Source of the DNA: Hemiscyllium ocellatum
Taxonomy: Eukaryota
Length of the DNA stretch: 64,000 bases
Direction: 5' to 3'
Assembly: GCF_020745735.1 (NCBI RefSeq)
Contig: NC_083408.1
Coordinates: forward strand, 16,244,484-16,308,483
Shown: positions 48,560 to 61,480 of the stretch, piece after piece
Layout: the number at the start of each line of letters is the position of its first letter
How positions within the stretch are numbered: position 1 is the first letter of the stretch
Made by a program: the position numbers and the translations under genes
Notes under the pieces: model-generated
Told to the model about the DNA's origin: nothing
Seen by the model: only the letters and a program-made list of their open reading frames with translations
The model's database searches: none

Positions 48560-51420
48560 GACACCAAACCATTCCAATCTTATGTGCTAGCATTTGATCC
48601 ATTGCCTTGTGTGACTTGCCTTTGCAAGGATGCATCTAATTACTTCGTATGTATTATGAGGGGCTCAGTCTCTACATTACTTATAGGCACTGCGCTCCAG
48701 ACTCACACCGCCCTCTGTTTGATTTTGTTTTCCCCTGACGTGCCCTCTACACCTGCTGGCCTTACCTTCACCCTGTGCCCATTAGGCATTGATCTCTCCA
48801 TCAAGGGGAAAGGTTTCATCCAGTTTACCCTGTCTGGAATTAATTTGGGCATGGATATCACAATCATCTTCTTCCTAATTCTACTCTGCTCCAAGGAAAA
48901 TCCATGTCTACGTAATCTAGTTTCATAACTATTCACCCTCCAACCCAGGCTAGCAAATTTCATTAATACTGCCTTCAGTGTAATCACATTCCTTAGATAA
49001 CATGCACACAACGCTTCAGTATGGCCTAACCAGTGTTTTGTTAAGTTCCAGTATCATCTCCCTACTCTTCATTGTCAGTGTCTCGGCTAATAAAAGCAAA
49101 TATCCTCCCCACCTTCTTAGCCTCTTTATCCAGACGACACAGTACTATAGGGGATCGGTGGGTACGTGCACTACAGATCCTTAGGCCTTGCCAGGTTTCC
49201 ACCATTCAAAACCTAATACCTCGCAATTTCTTCTGCTGAATTACATCACCTTACATTTATCAAGAATAATTTCCATTTGCAACTTCTCTTCACATATAAC
49301 CAACCCTTTTATATCCTCCTGCAATCTCAAGACATTATGGTCATGACTTACCAATATGCCCATTTTTGTTTCATTCGTGAATTTACTGGATAACCCTCCT
49401 AAATTTGAGTCTCAATCATTGGTATATAAGAGAAACAGCAAGGAAATCAACACCATCCCTGCAGAGCACCATGAGAGATAGATTTCCAGTCACGCAGATG
49501 ACCATTATCCCCTGCTCCCACGACCCAGTCAGTTCTGAATCCAATCTGTCAAATTAACTCAGATCCCATTGGCTCTGATTATTGCAATCATCTGTACATC
49601 GAGTTATCTCTCTGAAAACTAAATTGTTAGACATGACTTCCTCTCAATAAAACCGTGCTGAAAATTGTTGATTGATCTTCCAAATGAAGACTAATTCCAC
49701 GTATCAATCGTTTCCCTACCACTGAGACTAGCTTGTGGTATCATTGTTTATCACTTCCTTTGTCCTGCACAACAGTGCAACATTGCCTGACCTACACTCA
49801 CTTGGCACAACTGCTATTGCCTGACAGGAATTTTGCATTACTGTCAGTGACCCAACAATTTCATTCTTTGCATCGCTCAACAGCTTGATAGACATTTTAT
49901 CTGCCCTGGAAATATAACAACATTTCATCCAGCAAGACAACACAGAACATCACATCATGTGTCCTAATTTCTGAAAGTACATCATAACACTCCTTCATGA
50001 TTTCTGTCCCCACATTGTCCCTCTTACTAGTGAACACTGACACAACACATTCATTTCGACCGCAACGTAATCCTCCGGCTCCACTCTAATAATAACACTT
50101 AATGAGCATTATTGTTTCCCAAATTATTCCTTTATGAATGAGCCTGTAACGTTTTAAAATATTTTCCTTTATTTTGACTGCTATTATTTTCTCATGGTCC
50201 CATTGGCTCTTCTAATTCATCTTTCTTTCAAACTCCCTCTTGCACGTTGTGTACTTTTTACTAGTTTCTATTGTTTTCAGATTTCAGTACAGACCAGAAG
50301 CTTCCTTAGTTTATCTTAATCTCCCCCTCCATACCTTTTGGTGCCCAGAGCCCGCTGCATTCTTGGTCCCACCCAATAGCTTTCTGGTAAATATCCTTCG
50401 TGTGCTTTTCTTATTTCTTTCTTAAATGTGTCACACTGCTCTGATTTAGATTTACCACTAAGTGCCAGCTTCCAGTCCTCTCTGGTCAAATCATTACCTG
50501 ATCTTATTAACATTGTCCTTCTCCCCTTCAGAATTTTGGGCCAATTTCTATCCCTTTCCAGAACAATCTGGAATCCTGCAGATTTATGATCACTGTCTGC
50601 AAAGTGTTCCCCCATTGATGTTTTACCCACTGGGTTGATTTCATTCCCTAAATTAAGTCCAGGTTCACCCCTCTCTTGACAGGTCTGGATTTAAATTCTC
50701 TATATTAAACACATACTTTGTTAAAATATTCTCCTGGGGGCATTTTCAGAATTCTGCCCCCTCTAAACTTTCGTCAAAAATGAAAAACCAAGCCTACGTT
50801 GAGGAAGTTAAAAACCTCTTTTCTCATTCCCCTATTTAACTTAATTTTCTCTGAAATTTTCCCATGTATCTGCACTTGGTCTTTTGGAGCTATAGTAAAG
50901 TCTATCGTGCTTTCCCTGTAGTTATGTTTGCTGTATTTTTGTTTTGAAGTACTGTCCACTTGCCGTCATTCGAGTAGGTATCCATGATTTCATTTCTCTT
51001 TACAGCCTAAAATACTGTTGCCAGAATTCGACAGAAGCAACATTCTGTGCCGCAAACCCCCGCCCCATCCTTTTCCATCTTTCCCTGCCTCGTCCGACGG
51101 CACTAAATTCTTGAATATTGAATAGCCACTCCTGCCCTGCCCTCAATATGTCTTCGTGATAGCAACCGCACCATTTCCTCATTTATGCCGGTAATTCATC
51201 TGCCTTGTTCATCAGATTCGGTCATTAAGCCGAATACCATCCAACGTTGCATCTCCCCTCTGAATTCACCGGCCTTTAGTTTCTATGCCTCCTTGACTCC
51301 TTGCTGTGTCCTATAATTTTAGCCTTTCACATTATCCTGCTGATCTTTCTGTGTGGATCCCAGCTTCTCCAGCAATCCATTAACCACAAGAAACCTTGAT
51401 ATATGAGAACTGATTGTAAT
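48560..51420 (-). mobile_element. Old, heavily decayed CR1-type LINE fragments in the Cmu1-Cmu2 intron
   Basis: Minus-strand motifs MGEHFADSDH and QYGLTSVL plus other CR1-like text. Confidence 0.6.
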
Positions 51421-51465
51421 CGTTATGAAATTCGTCAGATAATTTATGCGATGTGTTTCCTAAAG

Positions 51466-51776
51466 GTCCAGATATTCTCCAACCAATTCTTCTCCTAACT
51501 GTGAGCTCCAGTGAAGAAATCACAAGCAGCAAGTTTGCAACCATCGTCTGTTCAATCATCGATTTCCATTCGAATCAATCTCTGTGATTTGGTTGAAAAA
51601 CAGCCGACCCTTGGATTCTGGCTTCTTCACGTCTCCCGTGTGTGAGGCAAACGGGAACTTCTCGGTGACGAGTCGGCTGATTATCCCATATGGTGAATGG
51701 TTCAACAGCGCAGTCCATACCTGCCAAGTCACTCATGGAGGGAACATTCAAATTAAAAACATCACCGTACTCCAGG
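51466..51776 (+). pseudogene. IGHM: Cmu2 exon with a -1 frameshift
   Basis: [89 protein letters not shown]. One nt missing at ~51570; splice sites intact. Confidence 0.93.
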
Positions 51777-52059
51777 GTAAGAGACACATACTGAGAGAGC
51801 TACAAATCATTCTCAACTCTGATGTGAATCAAACACACTAATTTATCAGACGTAGTAAACAGCACAGTACAGCTTCTCATTTCCCAACATGCCACGTATC
51901 TCATTTCATGTTTGAGTGTTACATTAACATTGTTCATGATTCAACATTTTGGCATGTCAGAAAAGCATGTTTCCCCTCTGTTGAAGTTAGATATATAGAC
52001 AGTGAACATTGTTAAATAGTTTGTTGCCTGACCATGCTGGGAGAGGCATTCAGAGTGCT

Positions 52060-52460
52060 GAATCCTTGCCTGGTAGCCGCTTCAAGCATAGGTTTGGGGG
52101 TGGAAGGGGCATATTGGATAGATATCAGATTGAAACATAGAAAATACTGAGAGACTGTGGACGAGTGAACGTGGAATAGATGTTTTAACTGGTAGGCGAG
52201 ACCCAAGGGCACAGTCTCAGACTCAAAGGGGCACCGTTTATAACTGAAGAATTCCTTCAGCCACAGAGGGATGAATCTTTGTAACCTGTTGCTGCAGAGG
52301 ACTGTAGAGGTCAGGCCATTGTGTGTATTCAAGGCAGAGATAAATCGGCTCTTGTTTAGTGTCGGGAGAAGACAGTAGAATGGCTTTAGCCCGAAACGTC
52401 GATTTTCCTGATCATCGGATGCTCCCTGACCTGCTGTGCTTTTCCAGCATCATTCTGATC
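52060..52460 (+). mobile_element. CR1 3' fragment joined to a truncated PLE tail with half a hammerhead (52382-52408)
   Basis: GGC-TTTA-GCCC-GAAACGTC-GATTTTCC followed by GATGCTCCCTGACCTGCTGTGCTTTTCCAGCA. Confidence 0.65.
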
Positions 52461-53731
52461 AAAACTATGGATTGGCCGAACAGCCTTATTTTGATCCTCT
52501 ACCTTATGATGTTGTGGTCTCAAAATGATGTGGTTAAAATATGCAGCGACCCTTACTTAAAAATAAGTCACAATAAGTTGAATGCTTCATTCCCTGCTCA
52601 GGAATGACCTGTTGGCCTTGGACATTGTACTACATCGATTTCTATCTGGTACTGAGCTCTTTAACTTCATATATGGAATCAGACCACAGACCAAGTGGGT
52701 ATCACGTTTGATTAACTGGACTAAACGTGATCTCACTGAGCTTCTTTCAGATGCTCTCTGTAATTAGTGGATTAGACAGGAGAATAAATTTTGGTGAGAA
52801 TGCTAAAATAGGGATGAATGAACTAGGAACTCGAGACAGCGTGCTTTATCCTGGTTTGGGGTGGCGATGCTTGTACTGTCAATAGTGGATGTCTATAAAA
52901 CTAGTGTACATTTCCATCGCCTTTGTAGATTAATTTAAGACGCTTTTGCTTGTTTTTTTCTCCCCTATTCTATGAAGAAATTAAAAAATGCAGCTTGGTA
53001 AATAAAGTGAAAGTACAGACAAGTTATGAACGAACTGAATGGAGGGAAAGACTTAAGGAGATGGGTGTCCATCTCGATACCCAATGCTGTACTCAGTGCC
53101 TTGTTTTCAGATCTGCTCCAAACCCAGCCCACGAGGAACAATGACACAAATTAGAGAATGACATCACACCAATAACGCCAAGAATTATCGATCACTTCAA
53201 ATATAATGAACAGCATTTCCATGGTTGTTCACCGCTCCTGAAACACTGGAGAACTCTGCAAATGAAATAATTATTGTTTATTATAATTCGTCCAAAATGT
53301 GGGATGTGATTTGGCAGTCAGCATGACCAGCAGCATTTGCACCTAAGGGTTATGAACATGGAAATGAACTCATTATATTCAGATTACTCTTGTCACAAGT
53401 ATCAATAGTTGGTGTTAAGTGAGAGACATACTCTGAAAGAAAAGTAATTCCGTGGATTACATTATGGTATCTTTGATGATTTTACTTTTTTCACAGGTTT
53501 CAACTGTAACAAAGCACGTGTTCTTTAGGAATAATTACACAGGGTATGTCATAGGTAATCACAAATGCTTTCACAAATCAAAATACATCAACAATAGTAA
53601 GCATCGTTTCAGCAATGGTTGGAGTTGCCATTTTGAAGGTGGTGTCTTCACCCTGTGAAGAAGTAATCTGAAGATTGGGTGTTTGTATCATAAAGAGGCA
53701 TTTTTCATTGATTTTGATATTTGTTTCATAG

Positions 53732-54038
53732 AAGGTACCAAGTGCCATGCTAACACCGTTAAAATCCTCCCACCGCCAACAGAACAAGTCTTACAGGAGG
53801 CGACGGTGATTTTAACCTGTGTTGTGTCCAATCTTGCTTCTGGAGTCAACATTACCTGGACACAAGAAAATAAGCCTCTGAAATCGGAGATTGTGACCAG
53901 CCTGGACAGAGTCCAGACAGCGTGATCAGCAAATTAGACATTTCTACTGAAGACTGCCTGAGTGGCGTTACTTTTGAATGTGTGGTGTACCATCAGAATC
54001 TATCGACTCGCTGAGAGACTCCATTCACAAGTAGAAAG
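53732..54038 (+). pseudogene. IGHM: Cmu3 exon, disrupted
   Basis: [90 protein letters not shown]. -1 at ~53893 and ~54009, conserved Trp to Cys (53955), TAG at 54032. The start could be 53735. Confidence 0.92.
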
Positions 54039-54501
54039 GTGAGCGGTGAGATTAAAGCAGAAAGGATCCCATGTGTAATCCAGATCCAGTTAAATCAATG
54101 ACAGACTTCCATTGGTAATGATCAAACACTTTCGGGAGCATTAATGGTGCATCTGAAGGCAGGATAGCTAAGTTACTGATGAAGAAAAAAGATGGACCAA
54201 AGGATATTGTGTTCTGATTACTTCAGATCAGGGGGAATAAGCCTGGGTTGTGATGTCACCATCAACAATGACAATTGGATAGAATGCCATTGTTGTGGGC
54301 TGGAAACATGGAGGCATCTTTCACATTAAACTTTACATTTTTTTTTTACTGAACAGAATTTGTACCATACTGCTCCTTTAGAAAACGGAAGTGAATAAAT
54401 CCCAAATTAAAAATGGCGTATTTTAATATTTAATGAAATTGTGATATTGGTTCTGGATTTTTTTGGTTGATTTATTTTTGTCTGAAATATTCTGCATTTA
54501 A

Positions 54502-54841
54502 TTAATCCGTTGGAGCCATCAGTGTCGGTCCTCCTGCCACCAACAGAAGAAACCTCCGCTCAGAGCTTTCTCTCCCTGACATGTTTAGTGAGAGGTTTCT
54601 CCCCCCGAGAGATTTTCGTCAAGTGGGCAAACATTGACTAGCCTGTGAATCCCAGTAACTGCAAGAACACCGAGGTGACGGCGAAGAGTGACAACATATC
54701 CTTCTTCGTGTACAGCCTGTTATCCATTACAGCAGAGGAGTGGGCCAGCGGTGCTTCTTACTCCTGTGTGGTGGGACATGAAGCGATTCCCCTGAAGATC
54801 GTTAACTTGCACTGATGGACACTGTTAATTCATGTCAATGA
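54502..54841 (+). pseudogene. IGHM: Cmu4 exon plus secretory tailpiece, disrupted
   Basis: [92 protein letters not shown]. Acceptor reads AA instead of AG (54500-54501), TAG at 54639, deletion at ~54806. Confidence 0.94.
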
Positions 54842-55619
54842 AAATCTCAAAGTTGCATTTAATAATTCAACTGAATTCATAGCTTCTTTTTTCCTCCAGT
54901 TGTGAGTTAAATACTGAATTAATTGTTTCTCACTCTGACTTACATTGTATCTGTGCAGTTAAAGTGGATTATTAACAGGTCGAGGACGAGCGCCTTGTGC
55001 AGTTAGTGTTCTCGGCTCAGATACACCCTGCGTCAGAGACAAAGTAAAGCTCACTCATTGGAGGATTCCGCCAAGTACCTTATCCATCCTAAATCCCTCT
55101 GTGACAAAATCTGAAAATTTCCATTTTATGTCAAGGGTAGAGCACGAGTTTTGAACCTGGCGTTCTTGCTTCCCCCAATTGGACATTCTTACAAAATTCA
55201 TGTCAGTTTTAAACTGCCACATTGTACCAATTGCAAATATAAATTTAAGACACTTTATAATAAAACTTGATTGGAACATACCAATCGTAAAGAGTGCAGA
55301 GCAGTTTGAATGTAACCTTTGTTTTTGGGGAACTGCCAGGGATCTTGCTCCAGTGCATGACTTGACAGAATATATCTTCACTTTCACACCAACGAGAATC
55401 GATAGATAAGTTGACGTGGAACAGAGGGGAGGGGAGCGATGAATGGTCTGTCCTTTTGCTCCCTGTGCAGAGTTTTCAAGGTAGATGTCCTCTGTAATAT
55501 AACCCAGTTGCTAACAGGAACAGTCAGCTTCTTGCTTACTGTCCGAAGATTTAAAATTTCCACGCAAAATAATACCTTTCAAACATGTTGGTCAAGTTTG
55601 ACCCTGTTAAAAAATAGAG

Positions 55620-55965
55620 TCGTAGAGTCATAGAGATGTACAGAATGGAAATAGACCCTTCTGTCCAACCCGACCATTCCGAACAGATATCCCACCTAAT
55701 CTAGTCCCACCTGCCGGACCATACCCCTCCAAACCCTTCCTACTCATATAACCATCCAATTGCCTCTTAAATGTTGCAATTGTACTAGCCTCCACCACAT
55801 CCTCTGGCAGCTCATTCCATACAAGTACCACCCTCTGCGTGAAACGGTTGCCCCTAATGTCTCTTTTATATCTTTCCCCTCTCACCCAAAACCCATGCCC
55901 TCTAGTTCTGGACTCTCCAAACCCAGGGAAAACACTTTGCCTATTTATACTATCCATGACTCCCA
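55620..55965 (-). mobile_element. CR1 3' end
   Basis: GESRTRGHGFWVRGERYKRDIRGNRFTQRVVLVWNELP. Confidence 0.85.
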
Positions 55966-58340
55966 TAACCTAAAACTGGTGTTTGCAGTTTGAATTCCAT
56001 AGTTTTGTCTCAGTTTTCTCGAGCACATGGAATCAATTCTGGTATTCGAGCACCTGATATCATTTTGTTTCACACACAGAACACAAGTAGACATTTTCTG
56101 ATAAACATATTCAGAAATGTTATTACTGGGGCAGTAGTGATTTGAACTCAGGCCTTTTATCGCAGAGACAGATATTCAATCATTGCAACAGAAGAGTTGC
56201 TCTTAAAAGGCGTATCTCTCCACGACGATGGGAAATGTTTCCTACAACACCAAGGTCAGATCCAATTGTAGGCATTAAAGTTAGAACAATAAAATTAGAA
56301 TAATAAAAATTGCAGTCTGGACATACACACAGCACAAAATTATTTAAAGTAATAGAGAGAAATTCTGCACAAGCAGAAAAACTAATTGCCATTCTGAACA
56401 GTAAATGTGGCACCAAAAGCACCCTTGTGATAATAACAGTGTGAAAATCTAACCCACATTGGTTTTCAGCAGTTGAAGAGTTAGTCATTCTATTATGAGC
56501 CCCACTCAGTACCGACACCAGTATGTGACCATAGATTCCGATTGTTTTGTAAGGCAGATATCAATATGAAGTTGCACAGTGGCAGGAGCACGGCTATCCT
56601 ATGGATAGTACTAAAGAGATCTCACACCCATTGGCTCTTTACTAAAGAAATGTGACAAACCACAGAGATAGGGAAATATGAATAAATGAACCACTGTCAA
56701 GATTTCATCCAATTCGACAATAATTGATACCTGATAACCACATTCAGCTGCTATTTGAAAGGATGCAAGAAGCCCCAAAAGGACATACTCCAAATTTCAC
56801 TTGATTCCGTGTCACATTATCGCAAGGGAGCTTTGTAGTTGCCTTCTAGCAGACATTATGTTTTTCCACAAACCACATAGGTTTGACAGAGAAGCATTGG
56901 TTCTGATTAGAGATCAGAACAGAATAGTGAACCTCATCATATCTCATCTCGAGAAGCTGTGTCAATGGGTGCTTGGGTTTGCAGTGCCTCTGTGATCTGA
57001 GCTTCCGTCCCAATCTTTCCCTGTTCCCTAGTTTTTCTGATAAGTTACGGTTCCAGTCATTTCGTATTTCATTAATGTCCCAGATTATAGAGGTTTCAGA
57101 ATCAGTGAGTTCACCAGTAGAGATCATTGGGTAAATCAACAGTGGATCCACTGAAAAGGCTTTTAAATCCTGAGGATCAGAGAACAGCAAATAGTTATCC
57201 CTGTTAAATGATCTACTAACAATTAACAACATTATATTTGATCTGCTGTATTTTCCATTACTGACTGCAATGAATCTACATCATGGGATGCAGAAACTCA
57301 CCAATGTGAATGAAAACCTCTTAAACTTTTGGCAAAACCCAGGCTATTGACTTAGGAGAATAAACTCCATACAATAATGCAAAAAAGACAAGCAGATTGA
57401 AGTCAAATGGTGAAGAGCAAAAACCCCTCTACCCCAGCAGGATGGCAAGTAGAAAAGTTGTGCATTTATATAACATCTTAATGCAATCTCAGAGTATCCT
57501 AAACATCTCTTTCCAGATCTCTGAAATAAGTGCAGAACCCCTCCGGTTCAACTATATTCTATCAAACACAGGGAATCATAAACGGAAATATCAACATGTG
57601 TCCATGTAACTGTTTAAAATGCGCGTTAACACTTCCGTTCGAGTAACTAGCAAAATTGTTTTGAGGTATGAACAATAAATCAGAACAGGTCACTTGGCCC
57701 TTCACGCTTGCTCCACCATTCAATAAGATTCTGACTGACCCGATTTTAACAAGCTTATAAAACATTCAGCTGACAATATCCCACTTTAGCTTCTCTTATT
57801 CTATCATTTTAGTATATTCCACTACACATCTATTCTAATCTGGAGAATAATTCTCCCGCTGTTAATCACTGATCCACACTGTACTTCTCTCCTCATGCAC
57901 TGTTCTTTTTCTCAGCCTATTCTTTCGACAAGATAAAATAGGTTGGAACCGACTCCACTGTTTGCTGTTACTTGACACAATGAGAACTATTGAAATATTT
58001 CAATACACTCCTTTGTTGAAAAATATAAATTGTTTTAATCCTTGAAAACTGGTTCAATTTATTTTATATTTGCATTGCATGGTATTTTAGTTTGATCCAG
58101 ATGTTAGTACAAAGTGAAATATTAAAGCACTGAGCTTTTTCCCATTCTCATTTAATGGAAATTGGAAAGGAGCGTTTTCTTACAACAGAGGGTGAAAAAT
58201 GAACAAACAAGTTACGTTATAATACATTCAGGTTCTGACAAAGTTAACTGTCAATCATAGATGTTCTATACCACAACTGAAGTGCTTTTCATCATATCAG
58301 AGTAGAATGGTTTTAGTTTAATGCCTCATATACATATGAT

Positions 58341-58460
58341 GTGCAGGATTATCTCAGAACTGCACTGCTGTGGCAGTATCAATTAGTGTATTCTAACCCC
58401 GATGGTAGATCTTGAACCCTCCGACTCAAAGATCAGCATACTACTCAGTGACACCTGAGC
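58341..58460 (-). mobile_element. Degenerate LF-SINE-like tRNA SINE (head plus start of body)
   Basis: Reverse complement reads GCTCAG..CTTTGAGTCGGAGGGTTCAAG (B-box) ... CAGTGCAGTTCTGAGATAATCCTGCAC. Confidence 0.55.
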
Positions 58461-58934
58461 AACACACAATACTCTGACAGGTGGCTTATTATTTACATCC
58501 CCAGGGATTGATGAAGCAATTAAGGGCAATTGCATCGATTCTATATGAGATGCAAAACAGACCTCTTGTGGTAGAATGAGAGTCTCCCTACTCCTAGATC
58601 AGTAGGCTTAAGTTCCTAGGTTAGACTTATTCAGCTTAAATTCCTGTCCCACTTTCTCCGGAGGTGTGTCATACATCGCTGAATATTTTAATGTTAAAAA
58701 AAGGAAAACCTCTTCAACCAATGGGCTGTTGTCATTTGGAAAGTGTAACATGTGTAATTAGGAACCAGCACTTTGGGTCACTTTTGCTGATTCCATGTGT
58801 GTTCTACGGGTGTCAGTAATTTCTATCAGTGTCCACCGTTACAGTTACAAAACGTCCTCTACTATCTCTCCTCAATGGGTCATTCTTCCCTTTTGTATAT
58901 GGGCAGTGAGCACTCAGTCCTATCTCTTCCTTAA

Positions 58935-59372
58935 CAACAAATGGCAACAGGAAGAAAGTTAGCCACCAGGATAGACGAACACCAGTTAGCCCCAAAAAGA
59001 CACGATCCTCTCTCCCTCGTAGCCCTACACGCGGATGAAAACAGCCACCATTTCGACTGGGTCAACAAATCTGTCCTGGGACAGGCTAAGCAAAAGCATT
59101 CCAAAGAGTTCCTAGAGGCCTGGCACTCCAAACACAACACCATAAACAAACACATAGACATAGATGCCATCTATCAACCCCTCAGAAAAGGAACAGGAAA
59201 TGGCATCACCACAAACCCCAGGAACCCCACCCAGGAGAAAGATATAAATAGGAGGCAGGATACAATAGTTTCGCTTCACTTACAGGTCGCCAATGATGAT
59301 GTTACCTAGCCAGGTAACGAAACGTCTGACTATCAATCCTACAGCTTAGCGAGCAAACTTACACCCTAAACA
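58935..59372 (+). mobile_element. PLE 3' fragment (GIY-YIG C-terminus plus pLTR) with a hammerhead motif at 59291-59328 (C3-to-A mutation)
   Basis: TGRKLATRIDEHQLAPKRHDPLSLVALH..HFDW..EFLEAWHS. CA-ATGATGA-T-GTTACC-TAGCCA-GGTAAC-GAAACGTC-TG. Confidence 0.88.
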
Positions 59373-59845
59373 AATGGCTACCTTGCTTCCAGACTGCTAT
59401 CAGCAAGAGGTAAACGTGCACTTCCAAAGTATGGCAATACTGAGAACAACCCTCCCCATACATGACGCAGGCTAAGATCACAAGGTGCAGCATAAGTCAG
59501 TGTTTATGTCCAGAATTAGATAACCAGGAAGGATGTACTTCACGGCTGGGGAGTCCCGAACTAGGGGTCACGGTTTAAGGATACTGGTTCGGGCATTTTG
59601 GACTGAGATGAGGAAACCTTTCTTCACCCTGACAGTGGTGACTCTTTGGAATTCACTGTCATAGAAATTGATTGAGTCCAAAATCTAATAGTTCTTTTAT
59701 CGGCTAAAGGGATCAAAGCTTACAGAAAGAATGATGAAACAGGGTACTGAGTTGGATAATCAGCCATCATCATTTTGAACAGGAGCACATGCTTAAGGGG
59801 CTGAATGGCTTCCTCCTCCACCTATTTCTGTGACCTTTCTGTAGC

Positions 59846-61480
59846 TTGAAGGGATGTGTTTCGTTTAAAAACTATTTTGATAGGAAAACAAAAGTGAATG
59901 TGCTACAGGTTACAACACAGAGTGATGAAACAATTTCAGATGATTGTGAATTGTACATTCCTCAATTTAAATTGAACAATAAGGAAGTTCTGGAAAACTG
60001 GGATAAACTGCTGAGTTACCTTCCAGATGAAAATCGAAATGACCTGAAGGAGTTGGTATAATCACATGGGGAGATATGTGAGAATAACCTGGGAATTACT
60101 AATCTCACCACACATAATATTGTTTGAGGAAATGCTGTTCCAATCAAACAACATCCGACAGACTTAACCTTTGAAGGTTGGTACAGGTTCAGAAAGAGAC
60201 TAAACACATGCTGAAAAACAATATCATCAAAATCAGTCGTAGTGAATAGAGCTCACCTATATCAGTGGTACCAAAGCCAGATAATATCCAATGATTATGT
60301 GTGGACATACGCAAAATCCATGCAGATACTAAATCTGAGACATGTCCTAAATCAAGTTTGGAAGACCATATTGAGACGATGGGACAAGCAACTTATATTT
60401 CTCAGTACGACTTACTCAAAGGATATTGGCAGCTATTTTTATTCTAAATGGTGAAGACAATTCCGGCATTCACGACACCAAAATGCACTGTAACCGTTTA
60501 CAGTCATGCCATGTGGTATGAAGAATGTGCCAGATACATTTCAAAGACTAACCAATGAAGGGATTTCTTCGTCATCCAATTCCGTGATACACATTGATGA
60601 CCTGATGTTTAGTCACACATGGAAGGAAAATTTACAGAATTTCTCAAAATTATTCATTCGACTTTGGGCGGCAGGCTTGCTGATAAACCTGGCTGACAGC
60701 GAACTCGAGAAAAGACAAATCACTCTCCTGGACAATGTTATTGAACATGGACAGGTGGCCCCATTGACCAAAAGAGCAGTACGATGACAAAACAATCTCG
60801 ATTATCCAAATGAGTTGGGTGGGGTAACTAATTGTTCGGATAGCTGACTATTCAGATAACTCATTGCTCGGATAACTGATCTGATTGCAAACAAAGGACC
60901 TTGAGGTATTGCTTGGATAATCTGAAATTTGGATAATTGACGTACGGATGACAGAGGTTGGTCTGCATTTGGTAGTACAATGAGTGGGTTTTATCAGAAA
61001 GTTGTACAGAATCTTAGCAGGGTGGCTGTTTCACTTACTGAATCACAATAGAAATGCAGGAGGTTTCAATGGATGGAAAATTGTTAGAAGGCATTCGTGA
61101 ACCTGAAAGTTGCGTTAACTACTGCCCCAAAATTAGCAACACTTAATATCCCAAAGCTATCCAATGTAATTATCGATGCAAGTGATAAAAGTTTCTGTGC
61201 TGTACTCTTACAAGAAAATTACGAGAAAACGAGACTTATCAATTGTTTCTCAGGAAGCTAAACATTCATCAACAGGAATATTTGACAGTTGATAAAGAAA
61301 CTTTGAGTTTGGTATTGGCGTTCCAACATTTGCCAGTAAAGTATCTGAGACAATCATACATATTGATCAGAATGCATTAAAGGTTTTTGGAGAAATTTAA
61401 GGACAAACATTGTAGACTGGTTTTCGGTGTATGTCTTCGTGAGAAAGTGTCTACATGACTTGACAGGACATTCTGACTCT
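59846..61480 (+). mobile_element. Ty3/Gypsy LTR retrotransposon pol remnant (RT + RNase H), degenerate
   Basis: PIKQHP; SSPISVVPKPD..LCVDIRK; DLLKGYWQ; MPCGMKNVPDTFQRL..IHIDDL; IIDASD..AVLLQE. Confidence 0.88.
60786..60967. mobile_element. MITE-like element (Tc1/mariner-pogo-type TIRs) inserted between Gypsy RT and RNase H
   Basis: Left ACAAAACAATCTCGATTATCC versus right CGGATGACAGAGGTTGGTCTGC are degenerate ~22-bp inverted termini; internal GGATAA repeats. Confidence 0.5.

Noticed and set aside
54230-54310. VTINNDNWIECHCCGLE in the Cmu3-Cmu4 intron as a vestigial extra C domain
   Set aside because: Only a vague resemblance to the last strands of a C1 domain, with no N-terminal Cys, Trp or splice sites.
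43930-54841. IgNAR or IgW identity, or a germline-joined VDJ
   Set aside because: V has a conventional WVRQ FR2 and CDR2. There are two D segments, four C exons with mu-type motifs (HEAIPLK) and a MDTVNSCQ tail, and all RSSs are unjoined.
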